Below the pieces are notes generated by a model that had not been told where the DNA came from, did not search any database, and worked only from the letters and a program-made list of their open reading frames with translations. Below, piece after piece: positions 1-13,951 of a stretch of 64,000 nucleotides of DNA; the stretch's first letter is position 1; the number at the start of each line of letters is the position of its first letter. Source of the stretch: Macrostomum lignano (lineage: Eukaryota); NCBI GenBank assembly GCA_002269645.1, contig NIVC01002151.1:62001-126000 (forward strand), in the 5' to 3' direction. The translations under genes were made by a program, and so were the position numbers.

Positions 1-608
1 TCTATCTATCTATCTATCTTTATGAATTGAATTTGTTAACAGCTGACTAGACAGATTACTTTTTTATGGCATTAAATTGAAATTTCGGAATGTGCCGCTC
101 GGGCGCAGGCAGATGTGAAAAAGCTCTCAAAACCCATCTGAATGCAGTAAATTTTGCAATCCAAAAAAGAATTCTTTCATAAATTAATAAAAAATTTTAA
201 TTTTGTCATTGCTTTCCAATGTTTTAGCTCCTTTTCCGGGTCCGCACCAACCCGGTTATTGCTTCCAACAAAGACAATACCAACTTTTGAAGCTTTGTTG
301 CATCAATAAAAAGCAAAAAGATTAAAAAAGTTCCTCACGAAAAACTTTGAAACGAAACTCCGATGGGAGCAAAAAAAGTGAAAGTCCAACCAATGAGGCA
401 GATTCAAACAGATTTTGCCCAGACTGAATGCGACATTGAACTCCGGGGAGGCACCAGGGCGCCCTGAGCTGTCATTGGCTGAAGATTGCGGTCATAAAAG
501 CTGAAATCAATCAGTTTGTTTCTTGCGCCCACAGAATCTCTGCTGCTTAAAGAGAGCCTTCGTTGGACTGATTCGTAAGTTGCAATTTGATTACAAAATG
601 GTTTTGAT

Positions 609-1758
<1,150 letters not shown>

Positions 1759-2128
1759 GAGACAATGCTCGCAGTTCGCAGCAGCAGTAGTCACAATATA
1801 TTTCCTAATGCCTGCAGCAGAAATGCTTTCCTCTGGAAGAGAGAGCCAGCAGTAGCAAAAACCCGCATGTTTTCACTGCCCAGCAGCAGCCCAGCAGGGA
1901 TAACTTGAGAACAAGCGAGCTTCACAATGCTGGATGTATATACATAATTAATGCTACATTGTCCAGGCAAATTCAACTCAAAATCTTCATTCATATCCAT
2001 ACAGCCATCCACACAGCCCTTAGAGCTTACACCAGCAATAAAATCTACTTTTTACAATCCGTGAGAGCTTGAAATTCACCTCTGTGTCAGCAGTATGCCG
2101 TTGACATCTGCATTGTCTCGGACTTTAA

Positions 2129-2484
2129 TATAGCTTTTTGCAGCCCATTCGGGCTTACGCGCATTAAATTTAATCCAAGATAGGTTTGCCAATGCAACGC
2201 AGCTGTTGTCTATGGTAGCAAGGCTGGCACAGCGGCTTTTCATACGTTTCTGATGTTGCCAGGTGTTACTTTAGTACAGTGAAATTTGCTTAAATAAATT
2301 GAATTCTACAGCTGCAACTCTTTATTGGGTTTCATAGTCGCTGTGGACCAAATTGATGCTTGTTGGACCAAATTAAAAGCCGCTGTGCCAGCCTTGCTAC
2401 CATAGACAAAAGCTGCGTTGCATTGGCAAACGTATCTTGGATTAAATTTAATGCGCGTAAGCCCGAATGGGCTGCAAAGCTATA
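2129..2484. mobile_element. MITE-like foldback element with about 110-bp terminal inverted repeats
   Basis: tatagctttttgcagcccattcgggcttacgcgcattaaatttaatccaagata...ggcacagcggctttt (about 2129-2239) is nearly the exact reverse complement of aaaagccgctgtgcc...gggctgcaaagctata (about 2376-2484). The ends are TA-rich. Confidence 0.8.
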
Positions 2485-2934
2485 TATATTATTTGTCTAA
2501 TTTTAGCTATCAATTACTCGATTAAGGCCTATAGATTCATTGAAACCTAACGAATAATTGTGGGTGACTTGGACAACTGAAGTAGATCAAGGACGTTGCG
2601 CTCCAGTTTCTTAGGTGTTGACTGCATTTGTCCCATTCTATTGTTCATTTTTTAATCTCTTTGAGGTCTTCTTAGGTAATAATTCCCCCTCAGGTGGTGC
2701 TAATAATTGCCTTTGAGGTGATGCTCAGGTGCTAATGATTCCCTAATATACGGCTCGTATTTGATGCCATTTCATCCACACAATAGATATTTATAACACT
2801 TCATTCAGTGAGTTGAAACTATATATGAGAAAACATTTCGTTATAGAAGACTTCTAACAATAATTAGTTAAAGCTCGCAACTTTCTTTCACAGGTAAGCA
2901 AATCAAGAAAACAAAAAGCGACTGAAAACAACAA

Positions 2935-5900
2935 ATGATTCGACAGCTGATTTTGATCCTGGCTGCAGTATTCCTGGCCAGCGCGGTTGCTGCTGCGAAC
3001 GGGCGGGGTGAGTCATCAATAAACCATAATTCTTGATTGATTGATGCGCACCAAATAGCACTAATTCTGTTTAATCTTTTATTGCAAAAGTACCTGATCT
3101 GGTTTCAAAATTCTATAGAGTTTGATTTCTGAAATGCTTCTGCAGCTGACTCCCCCTTATCTAGCTGACTACCCCCTCTGTAGCTGACTCCCCCCTCTGT
3201 AGCTGACTCCCCCCTCTGTAGCTGACTCCCCCCTCTGCAGCTGACTCCCCCTTATCTAGCTGACTCCCCCTCTGCAGCTGACTCCCCCCCCTCTGCAGCT
3301 GACTCCCCCTCTGCAGCTGACTCTCCCCCTGCAGCTGACTCCCCCCTCTGTAGCTGACTCCCCCCTCTGCAGCTGACTCCCCCCATCTGCAGCTGACTCC
3401 CCCCCTCTGCAGCTGACTCCCCCCTCTGTAGCTGACTCCCCCCTCTGCAGCTGACTCCCCCCTCTGCAGCTGACTCCCCCCCTCTGCAGCTGACTCCCCC
3501 CTCTGTAGCTGACTCCCCCCTCTGTAGCTGACTCCCCCCTCTGTAGCTGACTCCCCCCTCTGCAGCTGACTCCCCCCTCTGCAGCTGACTCCCCCCTCTG
3601 CAGCTGACTCCCCCCTGCAGCTGACTCCCCCCCTCTGCAGCTGACTCCCCCCCCTCTGCAGGTGACTCCCCCCTCTGCAGGTGACTCCCCCCTCTGCAGC
3701 TGACTCCCCCCTCTGCAGCTGCAGCTGACTCCCCCCTCTGTAGCTGACTCCCCCCTCTGCAGCTGACTCCCCCCCTGCAGCTGGCGCCCCTCTGCAGCTG
3801 ACTCCCCCCTCTGCAGGTGACTCCCCCCTCTGTAGCTGACTCCCCCTCTGTAGCTGACTCCCCCCTCTGCAGGTGACTCCCCCTCTGCAGCTGACTCCCC
3901 CCTCTGCAGGTGACTCCCCCCTCTGCAGGTGACTCCCCCCTCTGCAGCTGACTCCCCCTCTGCAGCTGACTATCCCCTCTGCAGGTGACTCCCCCCTCTG
4001 TAGCTGGCGCCCCTCTGCAGCTGACTCCCCCCTCTGCAGGTGACTCCCCCCCCTCTGCAGCTGACTCCCCCTCTGCAGCTGACTCCCCCTCTGCAGCTGA
4101 CTCCCCCTCTGCAGCTGACTCCCCCCTCTGCAGGTGACTCCCCCCCCTCTGCAGCTGACTCCCCCCTCTGCAGCTGACTCCCCCTCTGCAGCTGACTCCC
4201 CCTCTGCAGCTGACTCCCCCCTCTGCAGCTGACTCCCCCCTGCAGCTGACTCCCCCCCTCTGCAGCTGACTCCCCCCCCTCTGCAGGTGACTCCCCCCTC
4301 TGCAGGTGACTCCCCCTCTGCAGCTGACTCCCCCTCTGCAGCTGACTCCCCCCCCTCTGCAGCTGACTCCCCCCCCTCTGCAGGTGACTCCCCCCTCTGC
4401 AGGTGACTCCCCCCTCTGCAGCTGACTCCCCCCTCTGCAGCTGACTCCCCCCTCTGCAGCTGACTCCCCCCTCTGTAGCTGACTCCCCCCTCTGCAGCTG
4501 ACTCCCCCTCTGCAGCTGACTCCCCCCCTGCAGCTGGCGCCCCTCTGCAGCTGACTCCCCCCTCTGCAGGTGACTCCCCCCTCTGCAGCTGACTCCCCCT
4601 CTGCAGCTGACTATCCCCTCTGCAGGTGACTCCCCCCTCTGTAGCTGGCGCCCCTCTGCAGCTGACTCCCCCCTCTGCAGGTGACTCCCCCCCTCTGCAG
4701 CTGACTCCCCCTCTGCAGCTGACTCCCCCTCTGCAGCTGACTCCCCCCTCTGCAGGTGACTCCCCCCTCTGCAGCTGACTCCCCCCCTCTGCAGCTGACT
4801 CCCCCCTCTGTAGCTGACTCCCCCTCTGTAGCTGACTCCCCCCTCTGTAGCTGACTCCCCCCTCTGCAGCTGACTCCCCCTCTGCAGCTGACTCCCCCCC
4901 TGCAGCTGACTCCCCCCCCTCTGCAGCTGACTCCCCCTCTGCAGGTGACTCCCCCCTCTGCAGGTGACTCCCCCCTCTGCAGCTGACTCCCCCCTCTGCA
5001 GCTGACTCCCCCCTCTGCAGCTGACTCCCCCCTGCAGCTGGCGCCCCTCTGCAGCTGACTCCCCCCTCTGCAGGTGACTCCCCCCTCTGTAGCTGACTCC
5101 CCCCTCTGTAGCTGACTCCTCCCTCTGCAGGTGACTCCCCCCTCTGCAGGTGACTCCCCCTCTGCAGCTGACTCCCCCTCTGCAGCTGACTATCCCCTCT
5201 GCAGGTGACTCCCCCCTCTGTAGCTGGCGCCCCTCTGCAGCTGACTCCCCCCTCTGCAGGTGACTCCCCCTCTGCAGCTGACTCCCCCTCTGCAGCTGAC
5301 TCCCCCCTCTGCAGGTGACTCCCCCCCTCTGCAGCTGACTCCCCCCTCTGCAGCTGACTCCCCCCTCTGTAGCTGACTCCCCCCTCTGTAGCTGACTCCC
5401 CCCTCTGTAGCTGACTCCCCCTCTGCAGCTGACTCCCCCTCTGCAGCTGACTCCCCCTCTGCAGCTGACTCCCCCCTCTGCAGGTGACTCCCCCCTCTGC
5501 AGCTGACTCCCCCCTCTGCAGCTGACTCCCCCCTCTGTAGCTGACTCCCCCCTCTGTAGCTGACTCCCCCCTCTGTAGCTGACTCCCCCCTCTGCAGCTG
5601 ACTCCCCCCTCTGCAGCTGACTCCCCCCCTGCAGCTGACTCCCCCCCTCTGCAGCTGACTCCCCCCCCCCTCTGCAGGTGACTCCCCCTCTGCAGGTGAC
5701 TCCCCCTCTGCAGCTGACTCCCCCTCTGCAGCTGACTCCCCCCCCTGCAGCTGACTCCCCCCTCTGTAGCTGACTCCCCCCTCTGCAGCTGACTCCCCCC
5801 TGCAGCTGGCGCCCCTCTGCAGCTGACTCCCCCCTCTGCAGGTGACTCCCCCCTCTGCAGGTGACTCCCCCCCCTCTGTAGCTGACTCCCCCCTCTGCAG

Positions 5901-6607
5901 GTGACTCCCCCCTCTGCAGGTGACTCCCCCCTCTGCAGCTGACTCCCCCTCTGCAGCTGACTATCCCCTCTGCAGGTGACTCCCCCCTCTGCAGCTGACT
6001 CCCCCCTCTGCAGGTGACTCCCCCCCCTCTGCAGCTGACTCCCCCCTCTGCAGCTGACTCCCCCTCTGCAGCTGACTCCCCCTCTGCAGCTGACTCCCCC
6101 CTCTGCAGGTGACTCCCCCCCTCTGCAGCTGACCCCCCCTCCCCTGCAGCTGACTCCCCCTCTGCAGCTGACTCCCCCTCTGCAGGTGACTCCCCCCCTC
6201 TGCAGCTGACTCCCCCCCCTGCAGCTGACTCCCCCCCCCTCTGCAGCTGACTCCCCCCCCTGCAGCTGACTCCCCCCCCTCTGCAGCTGACTCCCCCCCC
6301 TGCAGCTGACTCCCCTCTCTGCAGCCGACTCCCCCCCCTGCAGCTGACTCCCCTCTGCAGGTGAATTTTGTTTTCTCAGTTAGCAACAAAACTTTCAGAT
6401 CCACCAGAGCGGATGCCGCAGCCGCAGTCGTCCGGCCGTCAGCGCTGGTCTGCAATTGAGCCTCTCCCGTCCCTGAGCCTGAAGCAGCTGCTGGACCGCC
6501 AGCCTGTCGGTCTGAACATCAAACGATTCGCCGACTATAAGAAGCGCTTCGCCGATTACAAACGTTTCGCCGACTACAAACGATTTGCCGACTACAAGAA
6601 GCGCTAA
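2935..6607 (+). CDS. Neuropeptide precursor (93 aa): signal peptide plus 4 x FADY flanked by KR/KKR. Exons 2935-3007 and 6399-6607
   Basis: Exon 1 encodes MIRQLILILAAVFLASAVAAANGR (hydrophobic signal peptide) and ends at the phase-1 donor G|gtgagt. The acceptor actttcag|AT is phase-compatible. Total 282 nt. C-terminus reads ...GLNI-KR-FADY-KKR-FADY-KR-FADY-KR-FADY-KKR-stop. Confidence 0.88.
3140..6360 (+). repeat. Intronic 19-21-bp minisatellite (CTGACTCCCCCCTCTGCAG)n, roughly 160 units
   Basis: Direct reading; fills almost all of neuropeptide intron 1. Variable C-run and CAG/TAG and CTGAC/GTGAC variants. Confidence 0.97.
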
Positions 6608-6904
6608 TTGCCTTGCGAGCTGATTACTTGATAATAACCTATCGGCGGACTGATAAGCCGGCACACCTGAGGCAATGAAAAATAAAACTGAGTAAGCGAG
6701 GCCGCCACATCATAAGTTCCAATTAAACCATTGAAAAAATCTTAATCAATAAATTCGGCATAGCGCACCTTTAAGATAATTTATTGAGTGAAATAACTTC
6801 AATGCCTTGCACAGGACTTGGCGCTCATTGTGCGTTAAAAATTTCATTTAATATTTTTCCTTAGGTTTTGGACATTCCGCTCCGAATTCCAAACTCCAGT
6901 TTCT

Positions 6905-7725
6905 ATATTCCAAATCCCCGATTTCACATAGCAGATTCTTCCCAATCCCATATTCAAATCTCCGATTCCAACCCCCAGATTCCAAATCCCCGATTCCAAA
7001 TCCCAGATTCCAAATCCCAGACTTCAAATCCCAGATTCCAAATCCCAGATTTCACATAGCAGATTCCAAATCTCAGTTTCCAAATCCTAGATTCCAATCC
7101 CAGATTCCAAATCCCAGATTCCAAATCCCAGACTCCAAATCCCCGATTCCATATCCCAGATTCCAAATCCCAGACTCCAAATCCCCGATTCCATATCCCA
7201 GATTCCAAATCCCGGACTCCAAATCCCCGATTCCATATCCCAGATTCCAAATCCCAGACTCCAAATCCCCGATTCAAAATCCCAGATTCCAAATCTTAGA
7301 TTCCAAATCCCAGACTCCAAATCCCCGATCCCAAATCCCAGATTCCAAATCTTAGATTCCAAATCCCAGACTCCAAATCCCCGATTCCATATCCCAGATT
7401 CCAAATCCCAGATTCCAAATTTCAGATTCAAAATCCTAGATTCCAAATCACAGATTCCAAATCTTAGATCTTAGATTCCAAATCCCAGACTCCAAATCCT
7501 CGATTCCATATCCCAGATTTCAAATCCCAGACTCCAAATCACAGATTCCAAATCCCAGATTCCAAATTTCAGATTCAAAATCCTAGATTCCAAATCCCAG
7601 ATTCCAAATCTTAGATTCCAAATACCAGACTCCAAATCCCCGATTCCATATCCCAGATTCCAAATCCCCGATTCCATATCCCAGATTTCAACTCCCAGAT
7701 TCTAAATCCCCGACTCCAAATCCCC
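6905..7725. repeat. 14-bp minisatellite (CCAAATCCCAGATT / CCAAATCCCAGACT)n
   Basis: Direct reading; source of the ESGIWNLG-type ORFs. Confidence 0.95.
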
Positions 7726-8136
7726 TCAATCATTTACATACTTATTACTGAGTATTTCTTCTTTGCAGTTGGAAAAGTTCAATTACAATCAACTTCCCAA
7801 ATAGATCCCAGTAGCTCAGCTGTAATAAAAAGCCGATTTATCCTGCCGCTCTACGGAGAAAGTTGAGCTCGGCCCAGTGGCTATTATACGGTAGTAAACA
7901 TTAATTTTTTATTCTGAGCAGCGAGGCGTGAAATAGAAATGCTGTACACTTCAATAATATCAGCTTACTGTCATATCTGGGCGCTGCAGCTACTAAATAT
8001 TATTATTTAGCTAATAATTTAGCCTAAAAATAAGCTATTTGTAAAACCGTTAGATCTCCTACACCAAAGTGAGCTAGCTCGAAACTTTACTGCTAGATCT
8101 ACCCATTATATTATTTTTAGTTTTAGTTTTTGGTTT

Positions 8137-9007
8137 TAGCGCCACTCACGATCGAACCAGTTTTGGCGCCACTCACTGATCCAACCAGTTTTGGCGCCAC
8201 TCACTGATCCAAACAGTTTTGGCACCACTCACTGATCCAACCAGTTTTGGCGCCACTCACTGATCGAACCAGTTTTGGCGCCACTCACGATCGAACCAGT
8301 TTTGGCGCCACTCACTGATCCAACCAGTTTTGGCGCCACTCACTGATCCAACCAGTTTTAGCGCCACTCACTGATCGAACCAGTTTTGGCGCCACTCACT
8401 GATCCAACCAGTTTTGGCGCCACTCACTGATCCAACCAGTTTTGGCGCCACTCACTGATCCAACCAGTTTTGGCGCCACTCACTGATCCAAACAGTTTTG
8501 GCACCACTCACTGATCGAACCAGTTTTGGCGCCACTCACTGATCGAACCAGTTTTGGCGCCACTCACGATCGAACCAGTTTTGGCGCCACTCACTGATCC
8601 AACCAGTTTTGGCGCCACTCACTGATCCAACCAGTTTTAGCGCCACTCACTGATCGAACCAGTTTTGGCGCCACTCACTGATCCAACCAGTTTTGGCGCC
8701 ACTCACTGATCGAACCAGTTTGGGCGCCACTCACTGATCGAACCAGTTTTGGCGCCACTCATTGATCCAACCAGTTTTGGCGCCACTCACTGATCCAACC
8801 AGTTTTGGCGCCACTCACTGATCGAACCAGTTTTGGCGCCACTCACTGATCCAACCAGTTTTGGCGCCACTCACTGATCCAACCAGTTTGGGCGCCACTC
8901 ACTGATCGAACCAGTTTTGGCGCCACTCACTGATCCAACCAGTTTTGGCGCCACTCACTGATCGAAACAGTTTTGGCGCCACTCACTTCAACCAGTTTTG
9001 GCGCCAC
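8137..9007. repeat. 28-bp minisatellite (AGTTTTGGCGCCACTCACTGATCCAACC)n
   Basis: Direct reading, about 30 units. Confidence 0.95.
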
Positions 9008-9479
9008 AAACTGCTAGTATTGAATCAAATTTCATGCGGTGGTGCAGGCAGCTAAGCATCCGGCTCCATTTACAAGTATTTGCGAACCGCGCTAACAATG
9101 GAAGCAAGAAAAACAGTCGTAAATATAAAAAAGCTGAATTTAAACAAAGCTAAACTCAATCCTGGTTGTTTTCCGGACAAGGCAGAATACGGACTTTTGT
9201 TAGAAAACTCCTGACAATGTGGTTTTAAAAAATAATTTTGCTATAAATAAATTTTCAATGCGGCAAAAATTAAACATCTGAGCTGGGCCAAGGTTCTGCT
9301 CATAAATGTTTTTATGGCCGTTTCGGCTCTATTGCAGGAAGTTTAAAATGAGTTGTCATAGTAACGGACAACGATTTTTATTGCTGCTGTGTCCTCCCAG
9401 TCAAGCGCAGAAAATGACAGAAATAGCAAATTGCCCTTGTAGGTAAAATTCGAAAAGTTGTATGTTCTAAGAACTCTTC

Positions 9480-9903
9480 TGGGTGTTCAGGGCGGCAGTT
9501 TGTTGGGTGGCTGTCGCAGCAGTTTTCTGGGTGTCTGGGATGGCAGTTTGTTGGGTGGCTGTCGCAGCAGTTTTCTGGGTGTCTGGGATGGCAGTTTGTT
9601 GGGTGGCTGGAGAGGCAGTTTGTTGGGTGTCACGAGTGGTAGTTTGTTGGGGGTCAGGGCGGCAGTTTGTTGGGTGTCTGAGGCAGTTTGTTGGGTGTCT
9701 GAGGCAGTTTGTTGGGTGTCTGAGGCGTCAGTTTGTTGGGTGTCTGAGGTGGCAGTTTGTTGGGTGTCTGAGGCGGCAGTTTGTTGGGTATCTGAGGCGG
9801 CAGTTTGTTGGGTGTCTTAGGCGGCAGTTGTTGGGTGTCTGAGGCAGTTTGTTGGGTGTCTGAGGCGGCAGTTTGTTGGGTGTCTTAGGCGGCAGTTTGT
9901 TGG
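9480..9903. repeat. 21-24-bp minisatellite (GGCAGTTTGTTGGGTGTCTGA)n
   Basis: Direct reading. Confidence 0.92.
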
Positions 9904-12714
9904 TGCAAAACGGCCAACAATTTCTCATATACGAAATCGTTGGTGTGAAATCGCGCAACAATCTCGTATGGCGCCGAGCTATGCTAGAATATATTTATTT
10001 AGGTGGCTACTTTTGAGAGAAGCAAATTACAGCATATCGAGAATACAGCATTACATGTATGTGCTTCTAGAATGCTGCGGATGCTTGTCCAGAGGAAATT
10101 GCAAATCTATTATAGTGTTGAAATCTGACCTTGCATAATGATTATGATTTTTGCAACCAGAATACTTGCAATAGCTATAGCTAGATTATTGGGTTCTTTT
10201 CGGCCATTTTCATCTGTTATTCCATATAACAGTATACGCTCGTAAAGTAAGCCAGAAATATTGTACACGTTACATGTGATATTCTAATAAACTTCTCAAA
10301 GCTTTCGCAAGGAGCGATGTCTCCATCCAATACGAGCGTGCCTATGTGTGCCTTCCGCCAGCCAGCCGATCGGGGCACGGCCGGCTTGCATCCCTGCTGG
10401 CTTTGCCCCTGCATGTAAACGTAGCTCAGCAATTTAATTTGAACGCTACGACATATATTAGCATTATACACCATATACCGCGAGTACATGCACATGTAGG
10501 AAGAATCTTATTGCTCAGCTAATTACTGCTTTTCTAATTGTGCAGATGCATTTAAACAACCTTCAAATATATATACTTTCGAAATATAAATATAAAACAA
10601 GAAAAAACGAATATTATTTTCTAACTGTCAAGTTTTTTCATGTAGAATTTCTCGCTAGCCAAGAATATTTGCAAAGACATGAATAAAGTTTTCTTTGGCT
10701 TGCAAGACTTTTAAGATTTTATGAAGCAAAAGCGTCGTCTATGGGCCAACCTCTTGGGCCGGTTTGGGTGGAATCTTGAGAGACATAAACTGCAGGGTAC
10801 AGAACCGGGGGCTTCCTCCACTTTTGAGAAAGCTTTTGGCTGGTGTATATTTTTTGCCTTGCTATATAGCATTTTGCGATCGAAAAATTGTTTGTCTAGC
10901 AAAAGAAAAACGGCCCTGCAGATGCACAAATGGAAGGGCAAGACGCACAAGTGCAAGAAGAGGATGCAGACTGCATCATCGACGTCCTGACAAAACATGC
11001 GATTTTGTTGACTAGAGCAGCAAGGCTAAGGCCATATAATACTCACTTAAGGCTGGTATTCTTTTCTCTTCTGATCTGATGTTAGCGAACATATTTTTGT
11101 CATGCTTTTAGACAACTTAAAGCAACAAAAGATTGGGCAAAGTGAGGCGAACAAAGGAAGAATAAGCTTCGGAATGAGGTGCTCGCGAACAACTCAAGTT
11201 TTTTTCAGATTTTGCGAGAGATTCCTACTTTTATTCAAATGTCACCGAGGTCTTTTTCTTGCAAAAGTATCTTTAAGAGAAAATTTGCCTTCAAAATGTG
11301 CAAGAAAATTGCCCAGAAAATCTCGCCGGAAACTCGCAGATTTTTATTCTTCTAAATGCAAGAATTTCTAGTATTACACGAAAGAAAAGAATTAATTTCT
11401 CCTTTTTTCATTCAGCCCATTGCATGCAAAATGCAAAAATTACCTTTTTATGTACTAGCTCACATGTACATATATAGCAGTTAAAACCAAAGTTTAGATC
11501 TAATTAGGAACCTAATCTAAATAGTTTTGATGTGATAAAAAGCCAGACTTTAGCGCAAGAACTAAAAATGGTAAAACAGCTCAGTTTGACTACTTACTTT
11601 TGCAGTACTTCACGAATTTATTCTAATTTTAGCTTAGATTAGTAAAACAAAGCTTTTTGACAGCTTAAAAAAAGAGTGCCATAAAGAATAAGCCGCAACA
11701 ACAATAACAGGAAATCAAAAGCAAATCCTTTGCATTTTAAGAACTTTTTTCTTGTTTTACTAATTTTGCCTTAACAACCGTGTCCAAATTTGAAGCAGTT
11801 GCTCAACTCGATAAAATTAGGTAGATCTGTTATTATTTGTTTTCTTTCAAGCAATCCAGTAAAATACATTTATATATCATGCTAAACGAGTCAAAAAGTT
11901 CAACTGAAAAGTTCAACGTTTAAAACTTTAGTATTGGTCCTGATTTCCTTATTTGTTAAACAACCCGCACTTCGGCACTTGCATTACTGCTCTGTATTAT
12001 ATGCATATGAGCTATTGTGCAATATAATATGATTCTTTTACTCTGTAATTTCTTAAGCGATACAATTGATTTATACCCTTTATTCAGTTTAATCTAGTAG
12101 AATTTTGTAGAAAAATCTCAGGCTGTTCTTTATTTTCAGTAAAAGTAATTTATAGCCTTGAATAATCTGACCAAAAAGGTAAAAAACAAAAAAAAGAATT
12201 TGCCTATATGACTATAGGCAGCATACAATAACCAATTATGAAGTACCTAGAGCGCGACTGTAATTTTAAGCATAAATTGCATATTTCTAACTGCCAAATT
12301 TTATTTAGAATTCCTGGTAAAGTAAATAAATAAATATATTGTTTTAAATGATTAATAATCATACAGAATCCTCTTCTGTTTATTGCTGGTTAAAATCTTT
12401 ACACGAATGCTCAATAATAATTTAGAGAAAATAATTTCCCCAAATCAGTCATATTTATTCGACTTAAAACTGTTAAATTATTTTTAATTTTCAATTTAGT
12501 ACTCATAAAAATTTTGCTTTTACTATATTAGATAAATGTTTATGAGCGTAGCTCATATTTTCAAAGTACTAGGTCTAAATTCAAATTTTGACATTAGAAG
12601 CAATCACCTGTTCTGTTTAATTCTTCCCAGCTGCATCCAAATTTTGATTCCAATTCTGCCTAGACTTATATAATAGCTTTTTTCATTACCCGATTTTCAG
12701 CACTTCTAACAAAA

Positions 12715-13180
12715 ATGTCTGACGCGAAGGACTACATTACCAAGCGCGAGATTCCTCAGCTTTTTGAGGTAAAATTAGATGTTTCATTCTCGTTTCTTTC
12801 ACGTTAAATGCAGCGACACGAAAATATAACTCCCACTTCAGTGCCTGATGACGGGTCTAATGTACCACAGGCCCGGTGATCACGTGGCCTACCTGCAAGA
12901 CTGCCTGGAGAAAATCAAAGCCAAAGGCGTGTCCAGCGTGCGCTGGGACCTGTTCCTGGAGGCCAAGAGGGCCAAGACCCCGCTGCCGCCCGTGACTCCG
13001 CCGAGGGGCAGCCGTCCGACCTCCAGTCGGGGTTAGTTGCTGAGTTGCCGGCAGGCAAGCAGACAGACAGACAGACAGATACTAAGACTGACAGACAGAC
13101 ACTAAGACAGAAGGACAGACAGACAGACAGACAGACAGGCAGGCAGACAGACAGACAGGCAGACAGAAAGACACTAAGAC

Positions 13181-13225
<45 letters not shown>

Positions 13226-13248
13226 GGCAGACAGACAGACAGGCAGAA

Positions 13249-13303
<55 letters not shown>

Positions 13304-13312
13304 TACTAAGAC

Positions 13313-13349
<37 letters not shown>

Positions 13350-13356
13350 CTAAGAC

Positions 13357-13432
<76 letters not shown>

Positions 13433-13504
13433 GGAGAGACAGACAGACAGACATTAAGATAGACAGAGAGACAGACAGACAGACAGACAGGCAGACAGGC
13501 AGGC

Positions 13505-13540
<36 letters not shown>

Positions 13541-13548
13541 CGACACTA

Positions 13549-13593
<45 letters not shown>

Positions 13594-13596
13594 GGC

Positions 13597-13629
<33 letters not shown>

Positions 13630-13802
13630 GGCAGGCAGAAAGAAAGACAGACAGACAGACAGACAGACAGACAGGCAGACAGACACTAAGACAGATAGAC
13701 AGACAGGCAGACATACAGACAAGACAGACAAGACAGACAAACAGATGGACAGACAGAAAGACAGACAGACAGACAGACAGACAGACCGACCGACACTAAG
13801 AC

Positions 13803-13863
<61 letters not shown>

Positions 13864-13870
13864 GGCAGGC

Positions 13871-13903
<33 letters not shown>

Positions 13904-13910
13904 GGCAGGC

Positions 13911-13951
<41 letters not shown>

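Noticed and set aside
7805-7880. gtagctcag resembling a tRNA A-box
   Set aside because: No B-box and no cloverleaf.
5961-9961. ORFs across the 20-bp, 14-bp and 22-bp arrays
   Set aside because: Repeat translations with no splice or homology support.
10200-11400. Several 80-95-aa ORFs and a GC-richer patch
   Set aside because: No recognisable motif or consistent exon chain.
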